Source: Octopus sinensis
Lineage: Eukaryota
Direction: 5' to 3'
Assembly: GCF_006345805.1 (NCBI RefSeq)
Contig: NC_043019.1
Span: forward strand, 4,277,360-4,341,359
Length of the DNA: 64,000 bases
The notes beneath the pieces were generated by a model. That model was given only the letters and a program-made list of their open reading frames with translations. It had not been told where the DNA came from and searched no databases. Numbering within the stretch: the first letter of the stretch is position 1; every line of letters begins with the position of its first letter. Shown here piece after piece: positions 14,591 to 29,600 of this stretch. A program made the position numbers and the translations under genes.

Positions 14591-15619
14591 GATCTGGGGA
14601 CTGTGGTGACCAGATAAGATTAGCAACTTCACTAGAATGTTCCTTGTGCCATTCAGTAACAACTTTAGCTGTGTAAATTGGTACATTATCATCCTGAAAG
14701 ATTGTGTTTCCCTCCAGAAACAGTTCTGCAACTATAGGATGATTTTGATCAGATAAAATGCTTAAATAGTCTTAACTATTAATTCTGCCATGAAGGGAAA
14801 CCATTGGGCCGGCGGATTTCCAAGATATAGCACCCCCACCCCCGATCATCACAGATCCTCCTCCATGTTTAACGGCTGGAAGAAGGTAGCCTGGATCAAC
14901 TGCTTCTTTTGGCTGTCTCCAGACGGATACTTGGCCTGTGGTTGGAAATAAGGTAAAAAATGACTTGTCGGAGAAAATAACATTATTCCACTGCTCTAGA
15001 TACCAATTTTGTAGGTTTTACTCCACTCTAAATGCTTTGCACTGTTTTTGAAAGTAGTGGTTTTCTGATTGCAGCCTTCCCATGAAATCCTGCTTTGTGC
15101 AGCTCCTGGCAAAGTGAACAGTTTTTGTGGAAACTGGGTTCTTGAGGTGGTCATTAAGCTCTACAGTAATTTTGGGAGCTTCACTTTTCTGATCCTTTCT
15201 AACAATTTGTGTAAGAGTCCAACAGTCCCTATCTGAAAGTTTTGGTTTTCTTCCGGAGTTCTCTTTCAACGAGGAGATTTTTTTCCCTCTTTCTCAAAGG
15301 CTGTCATTACTTTCGAGACAGTACTTCTTGATACACCAAACATTTTTTAGCTGATTTCGTTAAGCTAACGCCTGCCATACGAGCACCAACAATTTGACCT
15401 CTTTGAAAGTCCAAGAGATCTGTCATTTTAATGAATTTTAATTACCTTTTTCTGATGATATCTGAAAAGAAACAGCAATTTTAACAAAACATATTAAGCA
15501 ACACTAATAATAAATAAAAACAAAAACATAAAACTAAACAAGCTTTTCATGGTTTTATAGATATTTCAAAATTATGATGCTATGATGCAAGGTGTTTACA
15601 ATATTTTATCCAACCCCTG
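14591..15619 (-). mobile_element. Tc1-family transposon remnant with frameshifted transposase
   Basis: TA|CAGGGGTTGG terminus at 15619; MTDLLDFQRGQIVGARMAG, SGRKPKLSDRD, PAVKHGGGSVMI, IFQDDN, WSPQSPDL. The 3' end is cut by a SINE array. Confidence 0.88.
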
Positions 15620-15624
15620 TAGGT

Positions 15625-16210
15625 TGAATCAACATAAGTATTCAACCAAGTGAGAGATAAGCACCAACTTAAATGTACAATTATGAGAGAGCTACTAATA
15701 GTTTCATACTTAATGATACTTTAAATTGGCAGATTTATAAAAGACATCCTGTATCTCCAAGCAATCTTTGAGGTTTAGTTCATACATTTGATGTATTTAA
15801 AAACCAAGATGCTGGACTCCTAGATGTTTATATCTCACTACTTTTAGTGATTTTAATGTCTGGCCATTTGGTAATTGAACACCTTCACTGTTGACTATCC
15901 CTTTTTGTATTACTAATATTGTGCTCTTATGCAAAATTTCATACCTATATCTTTGCTGAAGAATCTTACAGTTAGTATTAAAGAATATTTCTCTTTTTTC
16001 TATTCTTACTAAAAAGCTTCAGATCATCCTTGGAGAGTAAATGGTTAATTCTTCCTTTAAAATCTCTAAACTGAAACCCTACCTTTGCTTTTCTTAATAC
16101 TAAACTGAGGGGGATTAAGCATAATGCAAATATTAAAAAAGATAACAAGTCTTCTTGGAAAAACCCTCTCTTGATGTTAACTTTCCCTACAGCTGTATCC
16201 TGTCATTAGC
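15625..16210 (-). mobile_element. R4/Dong-like non-LTR retrotransposon RT fragment
   Basis: Manual translation GKVNIKRG / FQEDLLSFLIFALCLIPLSLVLRK...INHLLSKDDLKLFSK / SKDIGMKF / EGVQLPNG, resembling RGIFQGDxLSP and INHLLYMDDLKL. Confidence 0.7.
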
Positions 16211-16229
16211 ACCATTAATGATATTGGTA

Positions 16230-16680
16230 GTACTATAAATATTACTTCCGATGTATCCATTATTTAATTTCATAATTATTGTAAATGTAGTCATTACATG
16301 ACACAACTGGCAGAGGGTGATTAAGTGAGCTAATTGAATGTGAACATTTTGAGACACTATTATCCACATTATTACACATACACATCCAGCCCAGATTCAC
16401 TGTGTTGGAATTAGGATTACAATAAGAAATGCTGTGGTTAGCTTCATCTTCCATGAGTGAATTTCTCAGTTTGCCATTATCAATAGTAGTTATGCAATCA
16501 GCAACATTCATGGTAGTAGAATATGAAAATTTAATGATGTGCTTGTTAAATATCTTCTTATATTTACTTGAAGGTGGAAGTGTCTTTCCAGGGCTGTAAA
16601 AAATATGACAAGTAATCTTTGTCTTTACATTTACAGTGCAAGGTGGATTATATCAGCTGATATTATTTTTATGTAATAAT
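16230..16680 (-). pseudogene. Decayed Penelope-like retroelement ORF fragment (post-RT region leading to GIY-YIG)
   Basis: Manual translation KNNIS*YNPPCTVNVKTKI / LERHF / PPSSKYKKIFNKHIIKFSYSTTMNV...CMC...YIY / GYIG, with a stop and frameshifts. It matches the WxNPP...HFP...KIFN...SYS signature of Penelope-like elements. Confidence 0.65.
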
Positions 16681-17540
16681 TTACCATTATACTTACTATA
16701 TTATCTCCTGGATTCATTGCTATCACTATGAGTGTTTACTGTTGAAGTGATATCTGGAGGAATAGGTTGGTTCTTAAACACAAAAGGATTTCTACCTACT
16801 GGAAGTACACTTAATACAGGTAATGTCTTTTCTTATATTTCTGTTGTATCTTAGTGAGATGTATCGTTATTTCTGAGTTATTAGGATTATTATTCATAAT
16901 ATGTATGTGCTAGTGTGTGTGTGTTTGTCAGCCAGTACTGCTTGACAACTGGTGTGTTTACATCCCTGTAACTTAGCGGTTTGGCAAAACAGACCAAAAA
17001 GAATTAGTATGAGGTTTAAAAAGAAATGAGTATTAGGGTTGATGCAGTTGACAAAAAATTCTTTAAGGTGGTCTACCAGCATGGCTGAAATAAATGAAGA
17101 AAATTTTTTTAAATCACATTCTCTTGGTCTTTCCACAATGTTAATCTGCTGTCTTTTGTCTTCAGTTTCAGATCTCGCACAAGTGATTATCCAGGACTCA
17201 TAAAGCCACAGTTTAACACAGTTTTCATGTTGTATAAGTGAGTTTGATTATAACACACCCCACTGGATGGGATGCCAATCACTTGTAGGGTCAACTTCCC
17301 AGCTATTGCTGGGACTCATTTAAAGCTGAGTGAAAATGAGAAATTTGAAATAAAATGCTGTGCTCAGGAACACAATGAATCACCCAGTCCAAGAACTGAA
17401 ACCATGGTCTTGTGATTGAGAGTGCAACACCCTAACCACTAGGCCATGCATCTTACTGCTTTATTTCTGTCCTTGCCTAGATTACAACTTATAGAAATAC
17501 AGAAAGACAAAGAAAGGTAAAATACATACAAGTTATTGAT

Positions 17541-17720
17541 ATGGCAACCCCGTATCGCCTAGAGGCCATTCATTCCTCAAGACAGCAACACGCTGGCAGG
17601 AACTTTATTGGACGACATGACGAGAGGGAAAAACTGAAAAACTTGATTAAGGATGAAAATACTCAAATAATACAAATCTTTGGCCTACCATATGTTGGTA
17701 AAACAAGTCTCATCAAAACT
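17541..17720 (+). CDS. Coding exon 1: ATG, FIGR motif and Walker A
   Basis: MATPY...[16 protein letters not shown]...[15 protein letters not shown]. Acceptor CCTTGCCTAG at 17471-17480 (exon starts 17481), donor GTAAGA at 17721, phase 0. Confidence 0.9.
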
Positions 17721-18125
17721 GTAAGAATTTTTCTTTAAGAATTTCATATATATATAAAAATACAGTGTACATTTAAACAGATAAGAGATGGCCATAATAG
17801 GACATCTGACTCGCTAGAAAGAGTACTGAAAAAAGTTGAAAATAAAATGGCCCAAAGTATCTTGTCCAACACTTCATAATTTTTGCTATAACACTGTCCA
17901 TTGATATACACATAGACAGAATTACAACTATTCGTGGTTAGTAGTTTAACTACTCTTTCTAGTGAGTCAGATGTCCTATTATGGCCATCTCTTATGTGTT
18001 TAAATATACACTGTATTTTTATATGAATAATATATAGTCTATTGACTAATTTTTCCTTCTTGCTAGACCACTGGTAGCAAAGAAGTTTTCTAAAAATTTT
18101 TTGCTACCCTAAGGTTTATTAATTA

Positions 18126-18194
<69 letters not shown>

Positions 18195-18459
18195 TATATA
18201 TTATATATATGTATATATATATGTATATATATATGTATATATATGTATATATATATGTATATATATGTATATATATAATATATTATATGTATATAATATG
18301 TTAATTATATATATATATATATATATGTATAATTATATGTATTATATAATATATATATTGTATATATATATATATATATTTATTATATATAATAAATGTA
18401 TATATAATATTATATAGTATATATATATATATATTATGTATATATATATATATATATAG

Positions 18460-18494
<35 letters not shown>

Positions 18495-18502
18495 TATGTA
18501 TC

Positions 18503-18534
<32 letters not shown>

Positions 18535-18589
18535 TATGTAATATATATATATATATGTATATATATAATATTATAGAGTATATATATAG

Positions 18590-18658
<69 letters not shown>

Positions 18659-19051
18659 ATAATATATATGTATATATATATATATATATGTATTATATAT
18701 ATATATATATGTATGTATATATATATATAATATATGTATATAATATATATATGTATATATATATGTTATATATATGTATATATTCTGTATATATATATGT
18801 ATATATTAATGTATATAATATATATATAGTAATTATATATGTATATATATATATGATATATATATATGTATATATATATGTATATATATATATTATGTAA
18901 TATATGTATATATATGTATATATATATATATATATGTATATATATGTATATAATATATATAACATGTATATATATGTATATATATATGTATATATAGTAT
19001 ATATATAATAATGTATATATAATGATATATATAATTACATGTATATATATG

Positions 19052-19085
<34 letters not shown>

Positions 19086-19359
19086 CATGTATATATATGT
19101 ATATATATATGACATGTAGATATATGTATATATATTATATATGTATATATATTATATATATATATATAATATATAATATTGTATTATATGTATATATATA
19201 TATATATTATATATATATGTATATATATATATACATGTATATATATGTATAATATATATAAATATATGTATATATATGTATATATATATATATTATATTA
19301 TATATATGTATATATATATATTATATATGTATTAGTATGTATATATGTATATATAATAT

Positions 19360-19391
<32 letters not shown>

Positions 19392-19458
19392 ATATATGTA
19401 TATATATATATATTGTATATATATATATATATATGTATAATATATATATAAATATATG

Positions 19459-19548
<90 letters not shown>

Positions 19549-19905
19549 ATATATGTATATGTATATATATGTATATGTATATATGTATATATATGTATAT
19601 GTAATATATATAATAATGTATATATATGTATATGTATATATGTATATATATGTATATGTATATATGTAATATATATGTATATATATGTATATATGTTATA
19701 TATAATGTATATGTATATATTATATATATATATATAGTATATGTTATGTATATATGTATAATATATTATATATGTATATATATTATATATATATATGTAT
19801 ATATATATTATATGTATATATATGTATATATATTATGTATATATATTGTATATAATATTATAGTATATATGTTATATATATGTATATATATATATATATG
19901 TAATA

Positions 19906-19962
<57 letters not shown>

Positions 19963-19967
19963 TAATG

Positions 19968-20006
<39 letters not shown>

Positions 20007-20045
20007 TAATCTATATATATAGTATATATATACTATATATATATG

Positions 20046-20077
<32 letters not shown>

Positions 20078-20123
20078 ATATATAGTATATTATATATATA
20101 TGTATATATATATATATATATGT

Positions 20124-20156
<33 letters not shown>

Positions 20157-20198
20157 GATATATATATGTATATATATATATATATGTATATATGTATA

Positions 20199-20234
<36 letters not shown>

Positions 20235-20989
20235 AGTATATATATATGTATTATATATATATATATTATATATATATATATTATGTATATATTATGTATA
20301 TAATATATATATATATATGTATATATATTATATATATATGTATATATATATATATTATTATATATTATATGTATATATATATATATAATATATGTTAATT
20401 ATATGTATATATATATATATATATGTATATGTATATATGTATATATGTATATATATAGATATATATATAATATATATATGTATATATATGTATATATATA
20501 TATATATATATATCATCATCATCATCATCATCATCATTTAGCGTCCGTTTTCCATGCTAGCATGGGTTGGACGGTTCAACTGGGGTCTGGGGAGCCCGAA
20601 GGCTGCACCAGGCCAGTCAGATCTGGCAGTGTTTCTACAGCTGGATGCCCTTCCTAACGCCAACCACTCCGAGAGTGTAGTGGGTGATTTTATGTGCCAC
20701 CGACACAGGTGCCAGACGAGGCTGGCGAACGGCCACGCTCGGATGGTGTTTTTATGTGCCACCGACACAGGTGCCAGACGAGGCTGGCGGACGGCCACGC
20801 TCGGATGGTGTTTTTATGTGCCCCCGACACAGGTGCCAGATGAGGCTGGCGGACGGCCACGATCGGATGGTGTTTGTTACGTCCCCAAAGCACGGAGGCC
20901 AGTCTATGCGGTATATATATGTATGTATATATATAGTCTATATGTATATATATGTATTATATGTATGTATATATATATATATATATATT

Positions 20990-21025
<36 letters not shown>

Positions 21026-23577
21026 TATATATATATATATATATATTATGTATATATATATATATATATATTTAATATTTATATATATGTATATACAGGG
21101 TTTGTTGAATAAATTGTCGTCTAAATTATGCAAAAATGAAAATAACACTGACATCTCATTTTAATAGATATATTTACCAAAATTGCATAAAAATATCTTG
21201 AAATACTAAAGAGTAAATTTATTCAGTAAAATCACCATTCGCTTTGACAGCCTCCAGATGATTTCAGAATCTCCTGCAACTCTTCTGGACAGTCTCCTTG
21301 TTTAAGTTGGTGAATCCTGCCATAATCCTTGCCTTTAGTTCATCTTTGGTGTTACAAGGAGTTTTGTCGGTCTCTCACTCAACTGTGCCCTACACATAAT
21401 AATCAAGGGTGTTGCAGTTTGAGTAGTTTGGTGGCCAGATGTTAGGGGTGATATGGTTGCAGAAATTGTCTGACAGCCATGACTGGGTTCTCCTGCTTGT
21501 GGGACATGGCGCAGAGTCCTGTTGCCAGACATAGGAACTTCCAGTAGCCACCCTCTTGACCCAGGGCAGCATTACTTCCTCCAGGAACTTGATGTGAGCC
21601 TCTTATCAATGAATGGAATATTTATCAGTTGTTTGGCAGAATGGACAAAGCAACAGTGAAATTAAATGGAGAGATAGGAAGATAACATTGTGTAACACGA
21701 TTTTTGTCCTTGGCGAGCAACTGTTATTCCCTATTTGCTGACCCCTAGAAAGTATGAAAAATGGCTACTATTTCCTTCAAACTTTGCTTTTGTTACATTT
21801 TGTCAGACCCTAAAGAATCCCTCTCAACACATGGCTATGATGCTACCCTGCTACTCCTCACATGCTCAAGTGGTTACGGTCAAGAAAATCCGTGATATTG
21901 AACAGAATATTTTCTATAATGATATTTCTGCTTCAGCAATTCAGTGCTGAATCTGTCTGAAATGTAATGGAAAATAGGTCAGTTTCAAAACAATGATGTC
22001 CATATGGCAAAAGGAAAGTATGAAGGGAATAGCAGTCATTTCCTTTGTTTTCTAGACAGAAGCAAATAGGAAATAACACTCTCTGATCAAAGACAAAAAA
22101 AAAAAAAATTTAATTTTGTTACGCAGTATAATTAGTGAAAGGGAATGAGACAAACTGAGAGACCGATAAATTGATAAGTGAATCTATGGAAATCTTTGAA
22201 CTTGTTCTAATGTTATGTTTCTAATATGTCAGGTCTGTCAAGAATTGAAGGATGAAATCAACCCCGAAAGACTCCACATAAAACACATCCATATTTCTAA
22301 TAATAGCAGTTGGTCTGATATTTCCAACATGCACAATACATTCACCAATTGTTCTAGTATCACCAATACGAAATGGAAAATTTGTATTTTTGATGATTTC
22401 CAGAACATTCAAGAAAGCTTCCTTCCAGGTTTCCAGGAGCTTTGCGACAATGACTTTCCACTGCACCCAAATCTAAAAATCATTCTCATATTAAGTGGTG
22501 GAAAACCATTTCAGTTTGATGGAATCAGGTTTGGAAAGTGTAAAGTGAGTCCATTGTCCATTAAAGACGGACAGCATCTTTTCTGCCGCTGTTCAAACAT
22601 TGAGAAAGATGATGATAATGAAGAGCAAATACACAACATCATCAGATATGCCTGTGGCCTGCCAGGACTTCTTATTTACTTTGCAGAAAAAATCTCCCAG
22701 TTTTATCATTTATCTTTTGATGATATCTACAAAATGATTTGTGATGAAACCAGCATCAATGATTTGCTGGACGAATGTACAATTAACAGACGTAATATTA
22801 AGCAAGAAATGGACAAGTATTTTTCTCAACTCTCTCAGAAACAGCAAGATGCTCTCAAAGTGCTTTCATATTTTCCTGGAAGATTTGGTATTGAGGAAGC
22901 TGTTGAAATGACTGATTCTTCTAGTCAACCAGCTTCCAAGATGCATGTTTTGATGCCACTTGTCGAACAAGGTTTGATCAATTCAGATTTAGAATTACAG
23001 AATTTCCAAGTACAAGAATTAATACGTGCAATTACTAAACAACAGATTGACAATGTACACAGCAATGATTTGGTAAAGCTCAAATATACAAACATTATTG
23101 GGAAAAGTCTGATGAAGGCTCAAGATATTTTTGATAAAGGTTTCATACATGAAGCACTCGGAATAATGAAGAACAACTGGGAAAATATTTCATTTATTTT
23201 GAAGAGAGGGATTGATGCACCCGCAGATGGAAGGACATATGGAGCTTATTATGAGGTAAGATTTTTTTTTTTAACAAATTTGTCTTTTATCCTTTTGGGG
23301 TCAAAAAATAAATACCAGATAAATACTATTCAATGCTGTTGGTCCTGATCTATCTTCTAAATTGGATGATTTGATATGGAATAACCCATATACATATATA
23401 TACATATACATAGGTGCAGGAGTGGCTGTGTGGTAAGTAGCTTGCTTACCAACCACATGGTTCTGGGTTCAGTCCCACTGCGTGGAATCTTGGGCAAGTG
23501 TCTTCTGCTATGGCCTCGGGTCGACCAATGCCTTGTGAGTGGATTTGGTAGACGGAAACTGAAAGAAGCCCGTCGTA

Positions 23578-23638
<61 letters not shown>

Positions 23639-26600
23639 GTATATGTTTGTGTGTCTGTGTTTGTCCCCCACCATCGCTTGACAACCGATGCTGGTGTGTT
23701 TATGTCCCTGTCACCTAGCGGGGTCTGATAAGCCATGGAGGCTGCCCCAGGCTTCAGTCCAATCTGACAGTGTTTCTACAGCTGGATGCCCTTCCTAACG
23801 CCAACCACTCCATGAGTGTAGTGGGTGTTTTTTTACGTGCCACCGGCACAGGGGCAACAGGTGGCTGGCAAACAGCCACAATCGATTGGTGCTTTTATGT
23901 GTCACCGACATGGCATCTGCCACGTTCGGACGGTGCTTTTTACGTGTCACCGGCACAGGTGTCATAAGAAAATAATCTGAATGGGAAAGGGTTAAGGGGT
24001 ATTAGTAAAAGAAAAGGGAGCAAAAGTTAAATAAAGTCTGAGAAACACAGAACCCTATCTATAAGCCACTGTGATACATGTGTTGTGCGCTATTGTTGTG
24101 TCCTAGTTGGTTCTCATTTCTTTTTGCCTTTCAGATAGCCACAAAAGCTTCACAAATACTTTGGTTATGTTACCCAGCAGAATCACAGGATTTTCTCTTG
24201 GCATGTCTACAAAATTCCATGTTATTTGGCAATGAAGAAGAGAAGGCATTGATGAATATAGCATATGGCATATCTTTGACAAATTTACCTGGTATGATAT
24301 ATTTATTAGTCTATGTCTTTATTTGTCTGTCTGCTGTTACTTTTACAAGGAATATATTGGTAGAAACTTGCAAGTTTTGACTTTCTTATCTTCATCAGAG
24401 TATGATTTACTTTGGTTCTTTTCAGCTTATATAGTCCCTGGCAACGTTTATTTTTCAGAGATAGGGCAATATCAATGCTAATTAGGTGTGGCATAGGTAT
24501 ACAGGGGAATTATGTGGGAAGTTTGGAGAATATAAGAAGATAGGAGAAAAGTATGTATTTATAGTGTGTGAATTTATAGAAAGGTATGGTGAGAAGATTT
24601 ATTTTGGTTTGATATAGGAATTTTGTTATTGTTTAGGCTTCAGTCAAGCATGGCAGTAAATGTTTTAAATAGATGTGTCAAATTCAGTTCATGACATTCT
24701 TTATAAATAAGGCATCGAATTTGAAATCCTGTCTGACCTATGCAAGCATGGAAAAGTGGATGGTGAATGATGAAGATGCTGATGATGAAAGAGGGTGTAT
24801 TTCAATGGATATATGGTAAAAAAAAGGGGCTAGAATTGTCTAAATTAGTGTTCATTAAATAGTAACTGTAGACATGATAATTCTACCATTGTTGTAGTGG
24901 AGGCGCAATGGCCCAGTGGTTAGGGCAGCGGACTCGCGGTCATAGGATCGCGGTTTCGATTCCCAGACCGGGCGTTGTGAGTGTTTATTGAGCGAAAACA
25001 CCTAAAAGCTCCACGAGGCTCCGGCAGGGGATGGTGGTGATCCCTGCTGTACTCTTTCACCACAACTTTCTCTCACTCTTACTTCCTGTTTCTGTTGTAC
25101 CTGTATTTCAAAGGGCCAGCCTTGTCACTCTTCGTGTCACGCTGAATATCCCCGAGAACTACGTTAAGGGTGCACGTGTCTGTGGAGTGCTCAGCCACTT
25201 ACACGTTAATTTCACGAGCAGGCTGTTCCGTTGATTCGGACCAACCGGAACCCTCATCATCGTAACCGACAGAGTGAGTGCTTCCACCACCATTGTTGTA
25301 ACTGTGACTATTTTTCTTGTGTTCTTTGCAGGTTTGGGAGGCTACATGGAAGCTATATCATACTATGAGAAGGCTATGAAGGTTTTGGAAACTAGAAACC
25401 TACAATATCGACAAATGCTGTTATACAATAGCATGGCTTACAACTACCATATGCAGGGCAAATATGTCGAATCCTTGAAGTAGGTTAAATCTTTGGTAAC
25501 CATATTTCTCATAAAATACAACCCCATGTGTTTTGTTGTGTCTTGGGAGGGTCATCAAGCCAATAATAACACACACACTGGTTTGATATTGATATCACTT
25601 CTTTATTATACATCAATTGGAAATTCAGCTGAGGTCTACTTTGCCTTTTATCCTTTAGGGGTTGATAAAATAAGTACCAGTCAAACACTGGGGTTGATGT
25701 AATCAATTTACCCCCTCCCCCCAAATTACTGGCCTTGTGCCAAAATTTAAAATCATTATTAGTCAATTGGTTAAGGCGGTAAGATGGCAGAATCATTAAC
25801 TTGTTGGAAAAAATGCTTAATGGCATTTCATCTGTCTTTGTGTTCTGAGCTCAAATTCTGTCATGGTTGACTTTGCCTTTAATCATTTAGGGGTTGATAA
25901 ATTAAGTACCAGTTGAGTACTGGGGTTGATGTAATTGACTATTCCTGTACCCCCTAATTTTAGGCCTTGTGCCTATAATCATCATCATCATCATCATTTA
26001 ACGTCTGCTTTCCATGCTAGCATGGGTTGGACGGTTCAACCGGGGCCTGGGAAGCCAGATGGCTGTACCAGGCTCCAATCTTGATCTGGCAGAGTTTCTG
26101 CAGCTGGATGCCCTTCCTAATGCAAACCACTCCGAGAATGTAGTGGGTGCTTTTTACATGCCAGAAAGGATTGTTAATCAACTGGTTAAACATTTAACCA
26201 ACCAACTAATTAATTAATTAATGGTTTGTTTAACGAGCAGGTTAAACAATCAGTTGGTTGTTTGTTAATCAAAGTTCTTTTGTTGATGTTTGTTACCTTT
26301 CCAGTGACTTCATGACTTCAGGTCTTGCTCCAAGCCATTTGTTCAGGTGAATTATGGAAAGAATCAAGAATTTGGAGGAATTTAGTGAAATAGGTTAACA
26401 TTTTCATGTTTATGCTTTCCTTTCATATTTATTCTAATACCATCATCATCATCATCATCATTTAACATCCGCTTTCCATGCTAGCATGGGTTGGACGGTT
26501 CGACCAGGGTCTGGGAAGTCCGAAGGCTGCACCAGGTCAGTCAGATCTGGCAGTGTTTCGACAGCTGGATGCTCTTCCTAACGCCAACCACTCCGTGAAT

Positions 26601-29600
26601 GTAGTGGGTGCTTTTTACGTGCCACCGGCACAGGTGCCAGGCGAGGCTAGCAATGGCCATGATCAGTTGGTGCTTTTTACGTGCCACCGGCACAGGTGCT
26701 AGGCGAGGCTAGCAATAGCCATGATCAGTTGGTGCTTTTTATGTGCCACCGGCACAGGGGCCGGGGGGGCTGGCAACGGCCATGATCGGTTGGTGCTTTT
26801 TACGTGCCAATATAAAAAGGAAAAAATATTTCAGAAAAATAAGCAAAAACAAAATGGAATCCAGTGTCACATATCTGGCTTGTAAAAAGCACCCTTCAAA
26901 CTTTGGGCCTCTCAGAGGCAATTACAAGACCTTTGGCAATATACTGTGCTTGAGAAGAAGTGTTGGGCTGAGTGAAGTCATGGCCAGTGCCGGTGTCTTT
27001 TATAAGTGGCACCTGCACCAGTGGCATGTAAAAAGCACCCACTACACTCTTGGAGTGCTTGATGTTAGGAAGGGCATCCAGCTGTAGAAACCATGCCAGA
27101 TAAGACAATAGAGCCTGGTGCAGCTCCGCAGCTTACTGGTTTTCAGTCAAACCGTCCAACTCATGCCAGCATGGAAAACAGACGTTAAATGATGATGATG
27201 ATGATGATGGTGGTGGTTGTGATGGTGGTGGTGGTGGTGATGATGATGATGATGGTGGTGGAAATGGATATAATTATTTAAAAGGCTAACCGGAAATGAA
27301 AACCAGGTTACAATAGAAAAACACTCCTTATAGTGAGAAGGTTCTTAGCACTACCAGTCATTGTACAATGCTGGGAATATCACAAGAGAAATAATCCCTC
27401 CGACAAGTGCCCTCTATCTGGTTTCTGTGACCAAAGAGGAAATAACCACTCTAAAATGCTTGCATCTCACAGTCTGGGTAGGTGGTGCTGCAAGCTGGCT
27501 TTAAGTGTATTTACAAAATTATTTTTACAGCGAGAAATTTTCTTCGTGACAAAACATAGTGAATGGCTTTCTTAAGGGTTCGAGAATGCCCCAAGCATAT
27601 TTGAACTGGTAACAAGTTTATATTTGTACACATCATTGGATAGCACTACCACTCTGTAATTTGTTTATGGTGAACAACCTATTAGCATTTCCAGTCATTG
27701 TTCAATGACAGGAATATCATAAGACAGACAATCTCTCTTATCAGCTTGCAGCCCTCCACAATAATGGTTTCAAATTTTCAAGGCCAGCCGTTTTGATGGA
27801 GGTGGGAGTATGTTGATTCAAGTGGGACTTATTTCATTGACCCCTAAAGGATGAAAGGAAAATTGACTATTCCTCTACCCCCTAATTTCAGGCCTTGTGC
27901 CTATAATCATCATCATCATCGTTAAATTCAAACTGTGCCCCACCTGCAAAGCCATGCGCTGTTTATCTTGATATGAGATCACCATGTCATAACACTTCCA
28001 ATCAGTTAAGAACAGAAGCCATGAGGGTATTGGTACTGCATCAGGGCATTATTATTATTATTATTATTATTATACCTTTTCATATTTCGGGTTCGATAAA
28101 TTAAGTATCAGTTGCATACTGGGGTTGATCTAATTGACTGGCCCCTCCCTGAAATTTGAACCCAGAATCTAAAGAAAAGTGAAATGCTTCTAAGTTTTTG
28201 TTTTTAATCATAATAATAATAATTACAAGAGCTCTCAGAGAGTGCAAACCTCTGCCCAGGTAACACCGGTGTCCTCTCAATGATTAGTCAGAGGTGATTT
28301 TTAAAATGAGAATATCTGAAATAAACTCAACTGCTCTCACAAATGAGAATACTAAAAATGAACCTGACCGATCTCAAAAGTTAAATTTAAAAAAAACGGG
28401 AAAATAATCCAGAATCCTTGTCTGGTACCTGATCGGTCCCAATGGTAGTCATGGAATGTGGAAGGTGGCTGTAGAAAATTTAGTAACAGTAATGAATAGT
28501 TTATCCGTATCTAATACAAGCCAAAGTTAACAAGTTCACCATTCAAAATAGTTTCAATAGTGGAAGGAATTTTTATAAACGAATAGCATGAGATCTTTTG
28601 GTTTTCTCTTCTCTTCTCTTAAATTCCGGCCTTTCTTTAGTTTTCCTGTTGTTTTAGATTGATGTATAGATGTATGTCTATATGTAAGTATACTGTAAAG
28701 TGTTAATATGTATGTATAATATATAATATCTCTCTATATATAAACGGCAAAATGTCTGTGTGTGTGTCCTTTATACAAATCCACAATTTTTCATTTAGAG
28801 GGCTTGCACTTTCTATGGTCATTCAAAACCATCCAAGGGTGGTCGTGCATATCTTTACATTTCCCCAGTCACCCTGCAAAGCCATTAAATATATATATAT
28901 ATATAAACGGCAAAATGTCTGTCTGTGTGTGTGTCCTTTATACAAATCCACAATTTTTCATTTAGAGGGCTTGCACTTTCTATGGTCATTCAAAACCATC
29001 CAAGGGTGGTCGTGCACATCTTTACATTTCCCCAGTCACCCTGCAAAGCCATTAATATATATATATATATAAACGGCAAAATGTCTGTCTGTGTGTGTGT
29101 GTCCTTTATACAAATCCACAATTTTTCATTTAGAGGGCTTGCACTTTCTATGGTCATTCAAAACCATCCAAGGGTGGTCGTGCACATCTTTACATTTCCC
29201 CAGTCACCCTGCAAAGCCATTAAATATATATATATATATAAACGGCAAAATGTCTGTCTGTGTGTGTGTCCTTTATACAAATCCGCAATTGTTCATTTAG
29301 AGGGCTTGCACTTTCTATGGTCATTCAAAACCATCCAAGGGTGGTCGTGCACATCTTTACATTTCCCCAGTCAACCTGCAAAGACATTAAATATATATAT
29401 ATAAACGGCGAAATGTCTGTTTGTGTGTGTGTCCTTTATACAAATCCGCAATTGTTCATTTAGAGGGCTTGCACTTTCTATGGTCATTCAAAACCATCCA
29501 AGGGTGGTCGTGCACATCTTTACATTTCCCCAGTCACCCTGCAAAGCCATTAAATATATATAAACGGCAAAATGTCTGTCTGTGTGTGTGTCCTTTATAC

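Noticed and set aside
17172-17237. Possible extra 5' UTR exon (TTTCAG acceptor, GTGAGT donor), and an internal donor AAG|GTAAAA at 17517
   Set aside because: Splice-like motifs only, with no frame constraint to test them.
18477-21154. Many overlapping ORFs rich in Y/I/M/C
   Set aside because: Translations of (AT)n microsatellite; no coding signal.
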